Source: the human T2T-CHM13v2.0 reference genome, Homo sapiens. Taken from it: a DNA stretch of 64,000 nucleotides. Numbering within the stretch: position 1 is the first letter of the stretch; each line of letters opens with the position of its first letter. Location of the stretch: NCBI RefSeq assembly GCF_009914755.1, contig NC_060934.1; one strand, written 5' to 3'. The position numbers and the translations under genes are program-made. Shown here piece after piece: positions 32,120 to 53,478 of this stretch. The notes beneath the pieces are model-generated. The model saw nothing but the letters and a program-made list of their open reading frames with translations, was not told the DNA's origin and searched no databases.

Positions 32120-34358
32120 TGTAGTAGTTCGTTTTTGCGCTGCTGATAAAAACATACCCGAGACTGGGCAATTTATGAAAGAAAGAGGTTTAATGGACTC
32201 GCAGTTTCATGTGGCTGGGGAGACCTCACAATCATGGTGGAAGGCAAGGAGGAGAAAGTCACATCTTACATGGATGACAGCAGGCAGAGAGAGACACCTT
32301 ACGCAGGGAAACTCCCATTTTTAAAACTGTCAGATCTCGTGAGACTTATTCACTATCATGAGAACAGCATGGGAAAAACTGGCCCCCATGATTCAATTAC
32401 CTCCCCCAGGTCCCTCCCACAACATGTGGTAATTCTGGGAGATACAATTCGAGTTGAGATTTGGGTGGAGACACAGACAAACCAGATCATTCTGACCCTG
32501 GCCCCTCCAAATCTCATGTCCTAACATTTCAGAACCAATCACGCCTTCCCAACAGTTACCCAAAGTCTTAACTCATTTCAGCATTAACCCAAAAGTCCAC
32601 AGTCCAAAGTGTCATCTGAGACAAGGCAAGTCCCTTCTGCCTATGAGCCTGCAAAATCAAAGCAAGCTAGTTACTTCTTAGATACAGTGGGGGTACAGGT
32701 ATTTGGTAAATACAGCCATTCCAAATGGAAGAAATTGGCCAAAACAAATGGGTTACAGGGCCCATGCAACTTTGAAATCCATTGAGGCAGTCAAATTTTA
32801 ATGGTCCAAAATTATCTCTTTTGACTCCAGGTCTCACATTCAGGTCACGCTGATGCAAGAGGTAGGTTCCTATGGTCTTGGGCAGCTCCATCCCTGTGAT
32901 TTTGCAGGGTACAGCCTCCCTCCTGGCTGCTTTCATGGGCTGGAATTGAGTGTCTGCGGCTTCCAGGCACACAGTGCAAGTTGTCAGTGGATCTGCCATT
33001 CTAGGGTCTGGAGGACAATGGCCCTCTTCTCACAGCTCCACTAGGAATTGCCCTAGTAGGGACTCTGTGTCTGGGTTCTGACCCCACATTTCCCTTCCAT
33101 GCTGCTCTAACACAGTTTCTCCATGAGAGCCCTGCACCTGCCACAAACTTCTGCCTCAACATCCAGGCACTTCCATACATCCTCTGAAATCTAGGCAGAG
33201 GTTCTCAAACCTCAATTCTTGACTTCTGTGCACCTACAGGCTCAACACCACATGGAAGCTGCCAAGGTTTGAGGCTTGCACCCTCTGAAGCCATGGCCTG
33301 AACTGAACTTTGGCCCCTTTCAGTCATGGCTGGAGTGGCTGGGACACAGGGCACCAAGTCCCTAGCTGCACATATCAAGGGGACCCTGTGCCTGGCCCAC
33401 AAAACCACTTTTTTTTTCCTTCTAGGCTTCTGGGCCTGTGATGGGAAGGGCTGCCATAAAGACCTCTGACATGTCCTGGAGACATTTTCCTCACTGTCTT
33501 GGTAATTAACATTGGGCTCCTTGATCCTTATGCAAATTTTTACAGCCGTCTTGAATTTCTCCCCAGAAAATGGGTTTTTCTTTCCTATTGCATTGTCAGG
33601 CTGCAAATTTTCTGAACTTTTATGCTCCGCTTCCCCTTATAAAACTGAATGCCTTCAACATTACCCAAGTCACCTCTTGAATGCTTTGCTGCTTAGAAAT
33701 TTTTTCTGCCAGATACCCTAAATCATCTCTCTCAAGTTCAAAGTTTCACAAATCTCTCAGGCTGGCACAAAATGCCACCAGTCTCTTTGCTAAAACATAA
33801 CAAAAGTCATCTTTGCTCCAGTTCCCAACAAGTTCCTCATTTCCATCTGAGACCACCTCAGCCTGGATTTTATTGTACATATTGCTATCAGCATTTTAGG
33901 CAAAGCCATTCAACAAGTCTCTAGGGAGTTCCAAACTATCCCACATTTTCCTCTCTTCTTCTGAGCCCTCCAAACTGTTCCAACCTCTGCCCGTTGCCCA
34001 GTTCCAAAGTAGCTTCCACATTTTTGGGTATCTTTTCAGCAGCACCCCACTCTACTGGTACCAATTTATTGTATTAGTCTGTATTCATGCTGCTGATAAA
34101 GACATGCCTGAGACTGGACAATTTACAAAAGAAAGAGGTTTAATGGACTCACAGTTCCATGTGGCTGGGTAGGCCTCACAATCATGGTGGAAGATGAGGA
34201 GGAACATGCCATGTCTTACATGGATGCAAGCAGGCAAAGAGAGAGTTTGTGCAGGGAAACGTCCATTTTTAAAACCATCAGATCTCGTGAGACTTATTCA
34301 CTGTCACAAGAAAAGCATGGGAAAGGCCCATCTCCATTATTCAATTATTTCCTCCAGG
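32120..34358 (-). mobile_element. THE1 provirus: LTR 32120-32489, internal 32490-34069, truncated LTR 34070-~34358
   Basis: Colinear with the THE1 at 2058-4331; right LTR stops ~70 bp short of its terminus, no TSD. Confidence 0.93.
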
Positions 34359-34989
34359 TACCTGGTCACATGAGACTTGTTACCCAGCCCTCCTCCTGCC
34401 AAGACTTGCAGAAAATATGCTGGCTGGTGTCCCACTCCCCAGTGTAGGGAGAAATCAGGCCATATTTTTCTAAGGCCTGTTACAAAACTCTCTTCCTGGA
34501 TTTCCTCAACTCTTAAAATTAGCTGTTTGATGATTATCTGCATGCTGTTTTTCATACAGCATTTTGCATTGCTCCAGTGGATATGTGGGTTGGTCAGCAT
34601 GTGGGTAATTGTCTGATTTAAGGCTGATGGACATGGAGAGACCCAAAGATCAGTATGTGATACAGCCCAGATCCTACACGCTCAGGGGCCAAATTTCACA
34701 AAGTGCTGACTCTTGTGAGAGCTTCCAGGAGAGCTGAAAAGGGAACCTCCCAGGAAAGCTGTCTGTGAGTTAATACTCTCTTAGCACATAATGTGAATTC
34801 TTTCAGAGACTGGAGAGATTGGGACTAGGATGAATTATACAGTAAGGAAGGGCATTTTTTCCTCTTTCTTATAGAAGCCATATTCAGAATGTCTATTCTC
34901 TAACCGGACTGAGGATATCAATGACCTGGCTTCCACAATGAATTTTTTAAAGCTGTACTCATATAAGAGTTAATACATGCCATACACTA

Positions 34990-35500
34990 CAAAAATCATT
35001 TTACAAATATAAACTCATTCAATTCTGAGTACAATCCTATAAAACAGGTAGGATTATAATCTGCATTTTAAAGTTGCAGAATTTAAAGAACAAAAAGATT
35101 AAGGGACTTACCTAAAGTCATATAGCTTATAAGAGGTAGTGTAATGAATCTAGACAGCTGGAGACATCATACTTTTATACAGGGACCATAACCTTAATAA
35201 AGGTCTCATTTAAGGTTCTACTAGTCTGACTGGCCCCAAAAGGCCACCTACATGTCCTTGAAATGGGATCCTGGCACTAATAATGAATATTCATAAGCAC
35301 CTACCAAATTCAATGACTTGGAGATATTGTTTTACAATGACCATACAAGGCAAATCTGTTTTTATTCACATTTGACAGGTGAAGGGAACAATTCTCAGAA
35401 GGATTAATTTATTGTTCAATGTCACACCACCAGTAAGAAGCAGAGGTGACATTGGCACCTAAGTCCTCCGTCCTCAGAGCCCAAGATCTTAACTACTACC
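34990..35500 (-). mobile_element. Two MIR fragments (~35000-35160 and ~35320-35500)
   Basis: GATTAAGGGACTTACCTAAAGTCATATAGC and CACATTTGACAGGTGAAG..GTCACACCACCAGTAAG..AGAGCCCAAGATCTTAACTACT. Confidence 0.65.
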
Positions 35501-36087
35501 TATATTATTTTAGATGTAAATGTTGGAAAGAGACGGAGCTTGGGAGTTTCTAGGTGTTAGATAATTATAGCCCAGCCTCCTGCTCTATTTTGAAATAAGT
35601 GCTAAAACCAAGACCAAAATAAGACTAAGGGCAGCAACACTGAGGCCCCACCTTTGAGTCAGGTATCACCTTTCCCATTTATAGCTGTCAAGGTGGGTTG
35701 TGGGTAAGACACACAGGCCTAGAAGCACTACTTCTCATTCTTGGCTCTCTCCAACATAGCATGAGGACCTAAAGAACATCATTAAAGCAATATTAGCCAT
35801 TTATTTAAATTATGGCTTTGAGTTCTGGTTTTATTTACCTGTCTGCTTAAATATCATTTCTGGTAGATTATATTAGTGATTCTCAGAGATTGGCTGGAAG
35901 ATAGCTGCTGTTTTCTTTCTTGGCATCATCCTAAATACAGCTTTGCAATGCACCTTAAATTTTCAAGAAAACCCTATGGTAAAAAAGTTATCTTCCTCTA
36001 AATAAGTTCAAAAATGTTAGACACTATGACATCAGTTGCTGGGTAAGAAATATGTCTTTAATTTTTATTTTTTAATAGTTGTGTATT

Positions 36088-38134
<2,047 letters not shown>

Positions 38135-38430
38135 AGCTGGAAACCATCATTCTTAGCAAACTAACACAGGAACAGAAAACTCAAACACTGCATGTTCTCA
38201 CTCATAAGTGGGAGTTGAACAACGAGAACACGTAGACACGGAGGGGAACATCACACATGGGGGCCTGTCAGGGATGCTAGGGGAAGGATAGTATTAGGAG
38301 AAATACCTAATGTAGATGATGGGTTGATGGGTGCAGCAAACCACCATGGCACGTGTATACCTATGTAACAAACCTGCACATTCCGCACATGTATCCCAGA
38401 AAGTAAAGTATAATTAAAAAAAAGAAAGAA
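38135..38430 (+). mobile_element. L1 3' end fragment (L1PA7/8-like) with poly(A), inserted in MER4-int
   Basis: AGCAAACTAACACAGGAACAGAAAA..GTAGATGATGGGTTGATGGGTGCAGCAAACCACC, then an A-tail. Confidence 0.9.
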
Positions 38431-44015
<5,585 letters not shown>

Positions 44016-44572
44016 GTATCCACAGGTCAAATTTTCCCTTAGATATCAGAATTTATGTGGTAAAGCCAGAGTTAGTTATACCATTAAAAAATAAGGAGTT
44101 TCAAAATTTAAATATCTAAAAGAGTTTGACCTTATTTTATCCTAAAGGATAATTAAAGGTACCTTTAACCAGGTTGAGGAATGGACTGACTTTTACTTGG
44201 TTTTAAAAGGAAGGTTGTAAAGCAAACATGACTGTAGAAATAAACAGAATAATGCCTGGCACATAGTAAGTACTTAATACTTAACAAAAATTGGTTGAAT
44301 GACAAATGCAGTATATCAGCCTATTTCTGTGTTATATGTGGAACATTGTTAAGGTTCTTAAGTTCATTTGGCATAAGCAAATGTACATTATCTTATAATT
44401 TTATTTATAAAAACATATAACAATGGAGTTTCTATAAACCATGCAGAAGAAAAATATTGCCATTATTCCCACAAGTTTGTTCCACTATAGCGTAAGTTTG
44501 TGCAAAAAAAAAAAATCACCAGAAAGTCCTTCAAGAAAAGCCATTATGGTCTATTCATTAAGGAAGACTTAC

Positions 44573-44636
44573 ATGGCAAGAAGTAATGAATTCCTCCTTT
44601 TAAATTGTTTTTTATAATACTTATAATACAAAATCA
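44573..44636 (-). other. Candidate 64-bp exon
   Basis: Minus-strand acceptor ATTCTTTTCTACAG| and donor CAT|GTAAGT in apparently unique DNA. Confidence 0.25.
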
Positions 44637-45726
44637 CTGTAGAAAAGAATCCTCTCTCTAGCCCTATATTCCTGAACTGAGTGGACTATTTAAGTGGCCA
44701 AAAATGTCCACGTACACAATAATTTTAAGCTAAATTTAACAGTATACCATGTTTTTATTAACACTAATTTTTTTAAAAGAAAAAGGAAGGTTTTCAAAAT
44801 CAGTCTTATTCTATGATGACTGCTTAGTTGTTTGCATAAAATAAAATCAGTTTTGTTTTGGAACATGAAGTACACAATATAAAATAAAGATTGGTTTTAA
44901 AGTAAGACAGCACTGCTGTCTAGCTGGGAAATAGAAGAAAATATTCAGCTCATTTTTGATAAATTATTAATCTTATTTTTAATTTGTTAATGTCTATGAA
45001 AGAGAAGGGAGAAATCAAAGCCTGACTTTCTCAGCCAGCAGCCTGATGAAAGAAGAAAATTGCCACATCTTGGAATAAATTTTGTTGGCAATAGGTAGTT
45101 TATAATCCAAATATATAATTTTATCATTTTATGACTGTGTTTTTAATGAAATATGTGGAAAAGGTATCAAATAACTAAGATTCTTTTATTTAATTTCCAA
45201 ATCACCAGAGTTCATGCTAGATGAGTCTGAATTCATTAATGAAGCTGCATTCAATTTCATTTGCCTCATATTTTACAACAGCTGTTTATTGAGAATCTAT
45301 CAAACTTAAGACACAATATAGGCTTGGAATTCAACAGATGATAAGTAGAATACTTGTCCTCAAAAGCTCCTAACCTAACTGGAGAAAAGTGAAACATACC
45401 CCAAAAGAGAAATAATAGCTCCAGGCAAAGCAGAGGTGTGTCCTTCCACAGGAGCTTTAAGAGAAAAGCCCCTCCTAATTTTCATTATATCAGGGTAGGT
45501 GCTATGCCCCTTTCTCTTGTTATATATTTCATAATCCCTCTTAGAATTTTGTTTCAGCATCTTGCTTCTCTCTAAGTTTGAATATTTACTCCCAAGATCC
45601 AATTTTGCTACAGTACCTATAAGGGCACATTTAGCTCACAACCTACATGAAAATACTCATGTCCTCTGACTCCAGAATATGACAGAGCATGATAATAATT
45701 TTTTTTAAAAAGACAATGAACCAGGA

Positions 45727-46109
45727 CAGTGTTTCTCAACCTTGACATTATTGACATTTAGGGCCTCTAGACAATTCTTTGCTGTGGGCAGGGAGTGGGA
45801 GTGTTGTCCAATGCGTTCTAGGATGTTGAGCAGCCTCCCTGGCCTTCACCCATTCAATGCCAGTAGCACCCTATACCAATTTTGGCAAGCAAAAATGGAT
45901 CCAGACACTGCCAAATGCCATATACTCCTATGAACAAAATTTGGAGCTTATTTATTTCTCTCTACCAGATATTTACAGAATTTGGAAACTCTTTGTATGT
46001 GTTCTTAACTTATGACAATACAGTTATTTGCATAAACACAATAAAAATCTGTTTTTATTTTTATTAAGGGGAAGGAGGAGGCAAAATTATTTCTGATCAA
46101 GAACCACTA
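45727..46109. mobile_element. MER20 (hAT-Charlie) DNA element split by a 135-bp insert
   Basis: CAGTGTTTCTCAACCTTG..TTGACATTT..GCAGCCTCCCTGGCC..ATGCCAGTAGCACC..CCAGACACTGCCAAATG [insert] GGCAAAAT..AAGAACCACT. Confidence 0.85.
45921..46055 (+). repeat. Direct copy of MER4-int segment 41895-42029
   Basis: Ungapped, 8 mismatches in 135 bp by manual alignment. Confidence 0.95.
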
Positions 46110-46289
46110 CCTTAGAATGATCAGTTATACCTCAGAAAATGAAAGTTACATATGTGTATACATATGCATATAGAAGATCCTAGCCAGTCTCAAGAATGAA
46201 GCAACAAACAGTGTTAACAGATTTCAGCCACACCAAACAAACTATCAGGATTCAAAACGTCAGCAATTACATATTTTATTAGAATGAAT

Positions 46290-46914
<625 letters not shown>

Positions 46915-47434
46915 TAGTATATGCAAGCTTTTTTAGAGGCTCCTATAATGGAGTCTATCTCCATTCTTAATTAAATCCCACCCTGACCTACAGAGTGATC
47001 ACTGAGTAAGAATCTCTACATGGAGCAAGATGACAGACTGGACGCTGGAACCTGACTCCCAAGCCCTCAAGGCTGCTCTTATTACTAAGAAATCTCCCTC
47101 ATGCCACAACTGCCACCATGGAGAGTTCTCTGTCCCTTACCAACCTTAAGAACTGAGGTTTGAGTTCATTAGAAGAGATGTCAAGATTCTTGTACTTTAC
47201 AGTTTCTTTTAGAGAGGGAATCAGTGCAGCACTGACAACCAATCTACAGAAAAATAAGGAGAAAACGGGAGGTAGAAATCATTCTAACATCATTTGTAGG
47301 AAATGGAAGGCTTCTCCTTAATCAAATCAGGTATCAACTCCTTTGAGAAAAATATATTGGAACATTTTTTGAAGAAAAGAAAAAAATCACCCCAGCCTCA
47401 TATAGTAAGTTTTAAACATGAGGCTTAGATATCA

Positions 47435-47800
47435 TTTTAGTTAGTAAATTTCCAGCTTCAAGTAACTGAAAATTGGCCGCCTTGGCTTAAGCAATTAGGG
47501 GGTCTTTTTTTGCATTAAAAGTAGCTTAGATATTGGCCCTCCAGGACTGGGGTAACTAAAATCTCAGTAATGTCATTAGGGACCCACAAGGGTGCCAAGC
47601 TACTCTAATCTTTTCATCTGCCACCCTTAGCTATTGCCCTTATTATTATTACCTCATGACCGACCACAGGTTGCAATGTTCCAGACCTCACATCCGCATT
47701 CAAGCAGGAAACAGATGAAAACAACACACTTCTACTTATGTATTATTGGCCAGAACTGGGCCACATGGCCTCCTTATTCTACAAGAGAGCCTTAAAGTTT
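47435..47800. mobile_element. Old MLT1-type MaLR LTR relic
   Basis: CAAGTAACTGAAA..GGCTTAAGCAA..TCTGCCACCCTTAG..CCAGACCTCACATCC..TATTGGCCAGAACTGGGCCACATGGCC. Confidence 0.6.
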
Positions 47801-49129
47801 GAGGTTTTACATTTTAGATTCTCTACAATAGGAGATGGAGATCAGATCATACAACCCACAGGATCTGCCAGAGAAAAGTTCCATACAACTTGGGAATTTC
47901 ATTCCTTTATTATCTACTATTTTTCCTTCCAACCATGTCAGAGAAGACTTTACAAAGAAATTAAGATCCCCTGAAAATGACATTTAATGGCCAAAGCCTC
48001 GACTAACATTTACTAATGGCATCTCCAATGTAAAGGGAAATGAAAGAATATCTGTCACTGTCTCTTTTGCTCTGTATCTAGTTGACATTGATGCACAAAG
48101 ATTGGCTCCGTCAATTTAGTAAAAAATAAATGCAATTAATCATTTGTTATGTTTATGGCCTTTGTTTCTCTGGCAAACTTTCGGCTATTGTTCTTCTCTC
48201 CAGCTTTCAGATAGACCTGAGTAGAGAAAGTTATTGTGGCGTAGGTGACCCAGTGGTCTAGAGCTCATCCTGAGACAGTCCCGTCTCAACACTGACCGTG
48301 TGGGATCAAGCTCTTCACTGTGGTGCCAGATCAGGTCTGAATTCAGATCTTGACTTAACTTGAGTTGCCTCCTTGCTCTCCTCGGTGCACTTTGGTTCCA
48401 TTCCTAGATCCCGTCTCACTCTTGGTCTCCTCCTCCTCCAGCTTTTCCTTCCATGTGATAAGCTGGAGAAGGAGGCGAGCGATTAAGGGTAAACCCCTCC
48501 CACAGTCTCTCCTGTCTTGGATTTGAACATCATAAGCATCATTTGGAACTGAGAAAGCCCCAGCAGCAGCAGGGATTCTTTTACTGCCTTGGCCCTTTGG
48601 AGCAGTTAGACTTCTCTTGTGCACCAAATACAAATGTAAAATGCTTTCCACTATTTAAAAACTAAATGAAGAATCATAAAAAGTCTGTCAAGGGCCTTTG
48701 TGCATTTAAAAGGCTAAAAGCTTTTGGCAAGGGCAACTCTGATGAAGCAGGCTTTTCTTTTCAAGGAACCAAATCAGAGGTTAACAGCTGGAACAGGAGG
48801 CCATTAGCCATAGAGGTGTGTGCATATCATGACTGTGACGACAGAAGAGACAGATGAGCTAAACAAGGTGCAGGCAGGGGCTGTTCCTGTCACACCGACA
48901 GACTGGCCCAGCATCCCTCTTCCTGCCCCAGCCCCACCCCACTCTGTCCTCCTTCTCCAAGTCTTCATCTACAAAGAGATATGTATTAGAAGACTCTTTG
49001 GGTGGGTCTGTGCTACAGTCAACAATTTAACTTAAAGTCATGGGCATTTTGCTATGTATATCTCTGAAGAACTAGTAGTTTAATAAAGTAAGTATTATAA
49101 ATAGCAAAGAAGAGGGTGGCCAAGCAAGA

Positions 49130-49350
49130 GGCAGCTGGAGCTGGTGGAAGTTTTGGCATCAGGGTGATCAGGGTTCAATCCTGACTCCACTATTGGTTGC
49201 TGTGATGCTTTGGACAATTATCCAACCTCTGTGAGCCTCTGTTTCCTCATCTCTAAAATGGGGAACATGATTCCTCAAGATAGTTAAATGAGATAAAACA
49301 ATGTATACCAATGTGTGCCTAGTAAAATACGTGGTACACAGTACATGCCT
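49130..49350 (+). mobile_element. MIR SINE
   Basis: GGGTTCAATCCTGACTCCAC..CTCTGTGAGCCTCTGTTTCCTCATCTCTAAAATGGGG. Confidence 0.8.
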
Positions 49351-50921
49351 AAGAAGCAAGATCCAACATTATTAAAAATAAATAATTCAATTTCACTAGC
49401 AGGAAGCTCAGGATTCAGATAATCCCAGTTATGTAAGTATTGGGACCAGAAGAACAGGTGTGATTTTAACTGTCTTTGTTTTATTGCCTTCCACTCATAT
49501 TTCTCTACTGAGGGAAGAAGTACTTGATTGCAACTGCATGCTAGAGAATAATCATCTTCATTTTCACAAACTCCTTGATTTGTGATACTTTTTGACTATT
49601 CTTCAACAACATTTCGATTGCTAATTTTTGATTCTTATTTTCTTCAGATCCCTTTATCCATAAGTTCCTTGAGGAAATTTATAGTCACTTTATAACTACT
49701 GTATTATACTTTTATATTGCATTGTACTATTTTATACTATTATAGTACATTAATTGACATTGCATCCAAACATTAACAATTTCATACAGCATAAAACTCG
49801 TTGTCATGAACACACACGGTCTGAATCTGACCTACAGTAGCCTTTCTTTCTTTACTATTTTTCTTATCATTCAAGCACTCTTAAAAGGATATTTTAATTA
49901 CCAAGGTGTTTTTAAATCTCATTCTATTAGCAACACCCACAATATCTTCTGGAACCTTCTAAGATAGTCGCCCGTCCCTCTCCTACCAACAAACTAAACT
50001 TATAATTAATTTCCCAACCAAAGGAGGCCAGAGAAGACCTGGTGTCTGTAGAGACATAGTGCTTTGTTGAGACCTCCCCCAGGACTGGGCTGTTGCCTTA
50101 AAGGTCAATTTCTTTTCTGTTATTTCCCTCCTAAAGCTTTGCTATCTTAGTCTGATATCTTGAGTTGTAATTCCAATTCCAAGTCACAAGAAGGCCATAT
50201 GTCACCTCCACCACCATTTCTGAAACTTAAATTTCCGCATCTTTATAATGAGGGAATTGGACTGGATTATGTAAAAGTTCCATACAGCTCTAACTTTTAA
50301 AATAAAATAAAAAATGAAATTAAACACAACTAGTCCTTAATCAGGTATGTGCTGAAACAGCCCATCATCAGCTTAGGGTAAATGTTAAATGTTCAGAGAC
50401 AAAAGCCATACCAATTATTTGAACAGAGAAATCAAATAACTTCTAATTAGGCATAAAGCTGTAGGTAATTAAACAATCAGAAAAAAAGTCAAGTATCACA
50501 GAGTGGCAAATGTAGAAAGGGCTATACCCCTAGAAATGGAACTTAAAAGGGAAGGGGTTGGCATAAGCAATTCTCAGAAGCTGAAAATAGGGTCCCATGC
50601 AGTCAAAATTCAGACTTCTGAAGAGGAGCACTGGCTCAAAGGTGCTACTGCTCCAAAGAGGATGCCATGAAGCTGTTTCTAGGAATTGGAAAAACTGAAA
50701 ACTGAATTCAGCTATGACTAGGGAAAGGAACAGCCATGGCTTAGGTTATGCTTATAAGGAAGAGGAGAAAACAGGAAGCCACAGAAAGCAGGAAGGAAAG
50801 AAAATGTCACTTCTTCCTCCTCCAGCCTTGTAGTGCTCCTCCGGCCTAACAGTGATCCAGCCAGCAGAGCAGAAATGTATTTTGTCTAGTGCTAGCCCTG
50901 GCATCACAGAGGAGAGCATAG

Positions 50922-50968
50922 AGGGCTATATCTGGAACTGACAAGAAGGGCTATATCTGGAAATGACA
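50922..50968. repeat. 25-bp-period tandem duplication inside an old LTR-like relic (~50370-50970)
   Basis: AGGGCTATATCTGGAACTGACA / AGGGCTATATCTGGAAATGACA. Confidence 0.85.
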
Positions 50969-52062
50969 TGCAAACTGTGTCCTAAAGCAGAAATAATAAT
51001 CAGACTTCATCTGTATACCAACTCTAATAATGTCAGGATGTTGTACTGAGGAGGATCCTGAGGCTCTACCTATGCATCAGGAGAGAGTTCCACCATCATT
51101 TAGATTATCTGCCACAGGCAGGAGGAGGGCATAGTGGCATATAGTTGCCATCTCTGGCCTAGAATCACATAGCTGTCGCACGCACCCTTTAGACATGAGG
51201 TCCTGGAGACAGAGACTTGAACTCCTTTTCAGCAGCAGCAAGTACCCAACCTCACTCCATCTGGTGGAGAGAGTGCAATGGGGAGTTAAAGTAACTCAGA
51301 GTTCCTAATACATAGCCTCATTTACTTCCCAATACATGGCAGAGCTCACTTTTAGACAGCATCATAAAATCATTGAATTTTAAATCTGAACAAGAGGTAA
51401 GCTTTTTGGCTATGCTTGAGCAACTCTAGGGACAGAGAAAATCATTCCTATATTCAGACCATTTTGATCCCAAGAAATCTCTTCTTTATGAAGAACTGAA
51501 ATCAACTTCAGTGTAAGTCTTATCCACTGGTCTCACATCTACCTCTTCCAGAAAGACAGGTCAAATTCTTTCTCTACATGTCATCTTTTCAAATGTTTGA
51601 ATTCAGCCATCATATTGCACCAGATTTTTCTTCTTCAAGTATAGTAGCCTTAATGTCTCCAACTGTTCCTTACATGAATTATATAGAAATATCCCTGTCC
51701 CTGTTCTCTGGGTGCACTTTGATGTATCTCAGCCCCTTATCAGAGGTGACCCTGAAATCATTACTCCTGTTGTGATCAGAATAGCATCAAGGAATGAAGT
51801 AGAGAGTGTAGCTAATTCTTTTTTAAGATGTCATCAACATTTCTGATGACCACATCACACTGAAAACTCCTATGGATTTTTATCATCTTTCACCTGAAAT
51901 GATCTTCAGCCATTTCACCCCCAAAATAAAGAATTCCACTTGCTTCAAAGTTTCCCAAGGAAAAATATGTTGCAGCCAGTACAAACTACCGAGACATTCC
52001 CTTGGAAAAAAAGGCAAACGGCTTTGTGAATGCTTAAATAAATTAGAAAATTAAGCTCTTAC

Positions 52063-52160
52063 TTGCTGATGGTGGATGTCATAAATGTATGCCATAATCA
52101 AAGCAAGCTTCCATCAATTTTGGTGTTCTCACTGAGCCGCAAACTTTGTTATTGTTCCTC
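52063..52160 (-). other. Candidate 98-bp exon
   Basis: Minus-strand acceptor CTATATTTTGCAG|G and donor CAA|GTAAGA in apparently unique DNA; every frame contains a stop. Confidence 0.3.
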
Positions 52161-52905
52161 CTGCAAAATATAGATGCCATAAACCATGCCTAAGTGTGCA
52201 GAAGACATTTACTTCCACTGGGTTTTTGAGTCGGATGAGATTTTATAAGCAGCTATGTTCTACATTTTAACTACATTTTAATTTAAATATATCTTTAATC
52301 ATCGCTTTAAAAATTATCTTCAGTAAGTAACCAAAGTTTAAAGTAATGGCCTATTTTAAAAATACATGCAAAACTCTCTTAGTCAGGGTTTTTAAATATT
52401 TCACTTGCATTATTTCTTTTAGGTTCATTTAGTTACACTATAATTTTATGGAGTTTTAAAGTGGTGGGGCATATGATGTGATTACCAATTATTTTGGCCC
52501 TATTTCTGTGCACATGATTAGAAGAATCTGTGAAACATTAGTTTAACAAGCAATCTTTAAAAATGACAACTGATGAAAACTCTGTAGATACAAACTTCTA
52601 AAGGTAAAAAAACAGAGGTAAATACAATCAAATACAAAGAAGTCGGGAGTAAGATGTGAAAAACAGAAGGTATAATTCTGATTTACACACCGCACACTGA
52701 AGGATAGATGATCTGCTGAAATGAAATATCAGACTTCAAATTCTTATATTCAAGGCAAATTCTCACTTCCAATTACTTCATTTTGAAGGACAAGGGGGTG
52801 TGCCACTGGAGTGGGAGGGAATTATTTGGGGGCACAAAAGGTAAAATACATGCCATTTTATTTTACATATTATTATAGGGGGAAAAGGCATGTCCCCAAA
52901 GACTG

Positions 52906-53397
52906 TGTCTTAGTTTTGTATTGCTGCTGTAACAAATTATCACAAATTCAGCGGCTGAAACAACGTAAATATCTACCTAACAGTTCTGTAAGTCAAAATT
53001 CTGACATGGATCTCACCCATCTAAACCAAAGTGTTGGCAGGGCTACATTTCTTCTGGAGATCCTAAAAGAGGTTTCATTTCCTTACCTTTTCTGGCTTCT
53101 AAAGGCTGCCTGCATTCTTTGTCTCCTAGCCCGTTCCTCCACCTTCAAAATCAGCAAGGGTGTGTCTCTCAATCTGACTTCAGCTGGGAAAGATTCCTCA
53201 CTTGTAAAGACTCCTGTGATTACATTGTGCCCACCTGGATATTCTATGATTCTCTCACCATCCCAAGTTTCTTAATCATACCTGCAAAATACCTTTTATC
53301 ACATAAGGTACCGTATTCACAGGTTCTGGAGAGAAGGGGTTGGGCATTGGGCTTTTGGGCGGGGGGTGGAGGGGTGGGCATTTTTCCACCTACCACA
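52906..53397 (-). mobile_element. MLT1 (C/D/E-like) MaLR solo LTR
   Basis: TGTCTTAGTT..TTGCTGCTGTAACAAATTATCACAAA..CACAGGTTCTGG..CCTACCACA. Confidence 0.8.
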
Positions 53398-53478
53398 CTG
53401 TCTAAAGCAAAGATGAGACAACACTCCAGGAAACAAACTGATCTCCATGGCCTTCCTCTGATGAAAATTAGAGTCACG

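Noticed and set aside
48355-48651. 98-aa minus-strand ORF in apparently unique DNA
   Set aside because: Non-ATG start, no recognisable domain and no convincing flanking splice sites.
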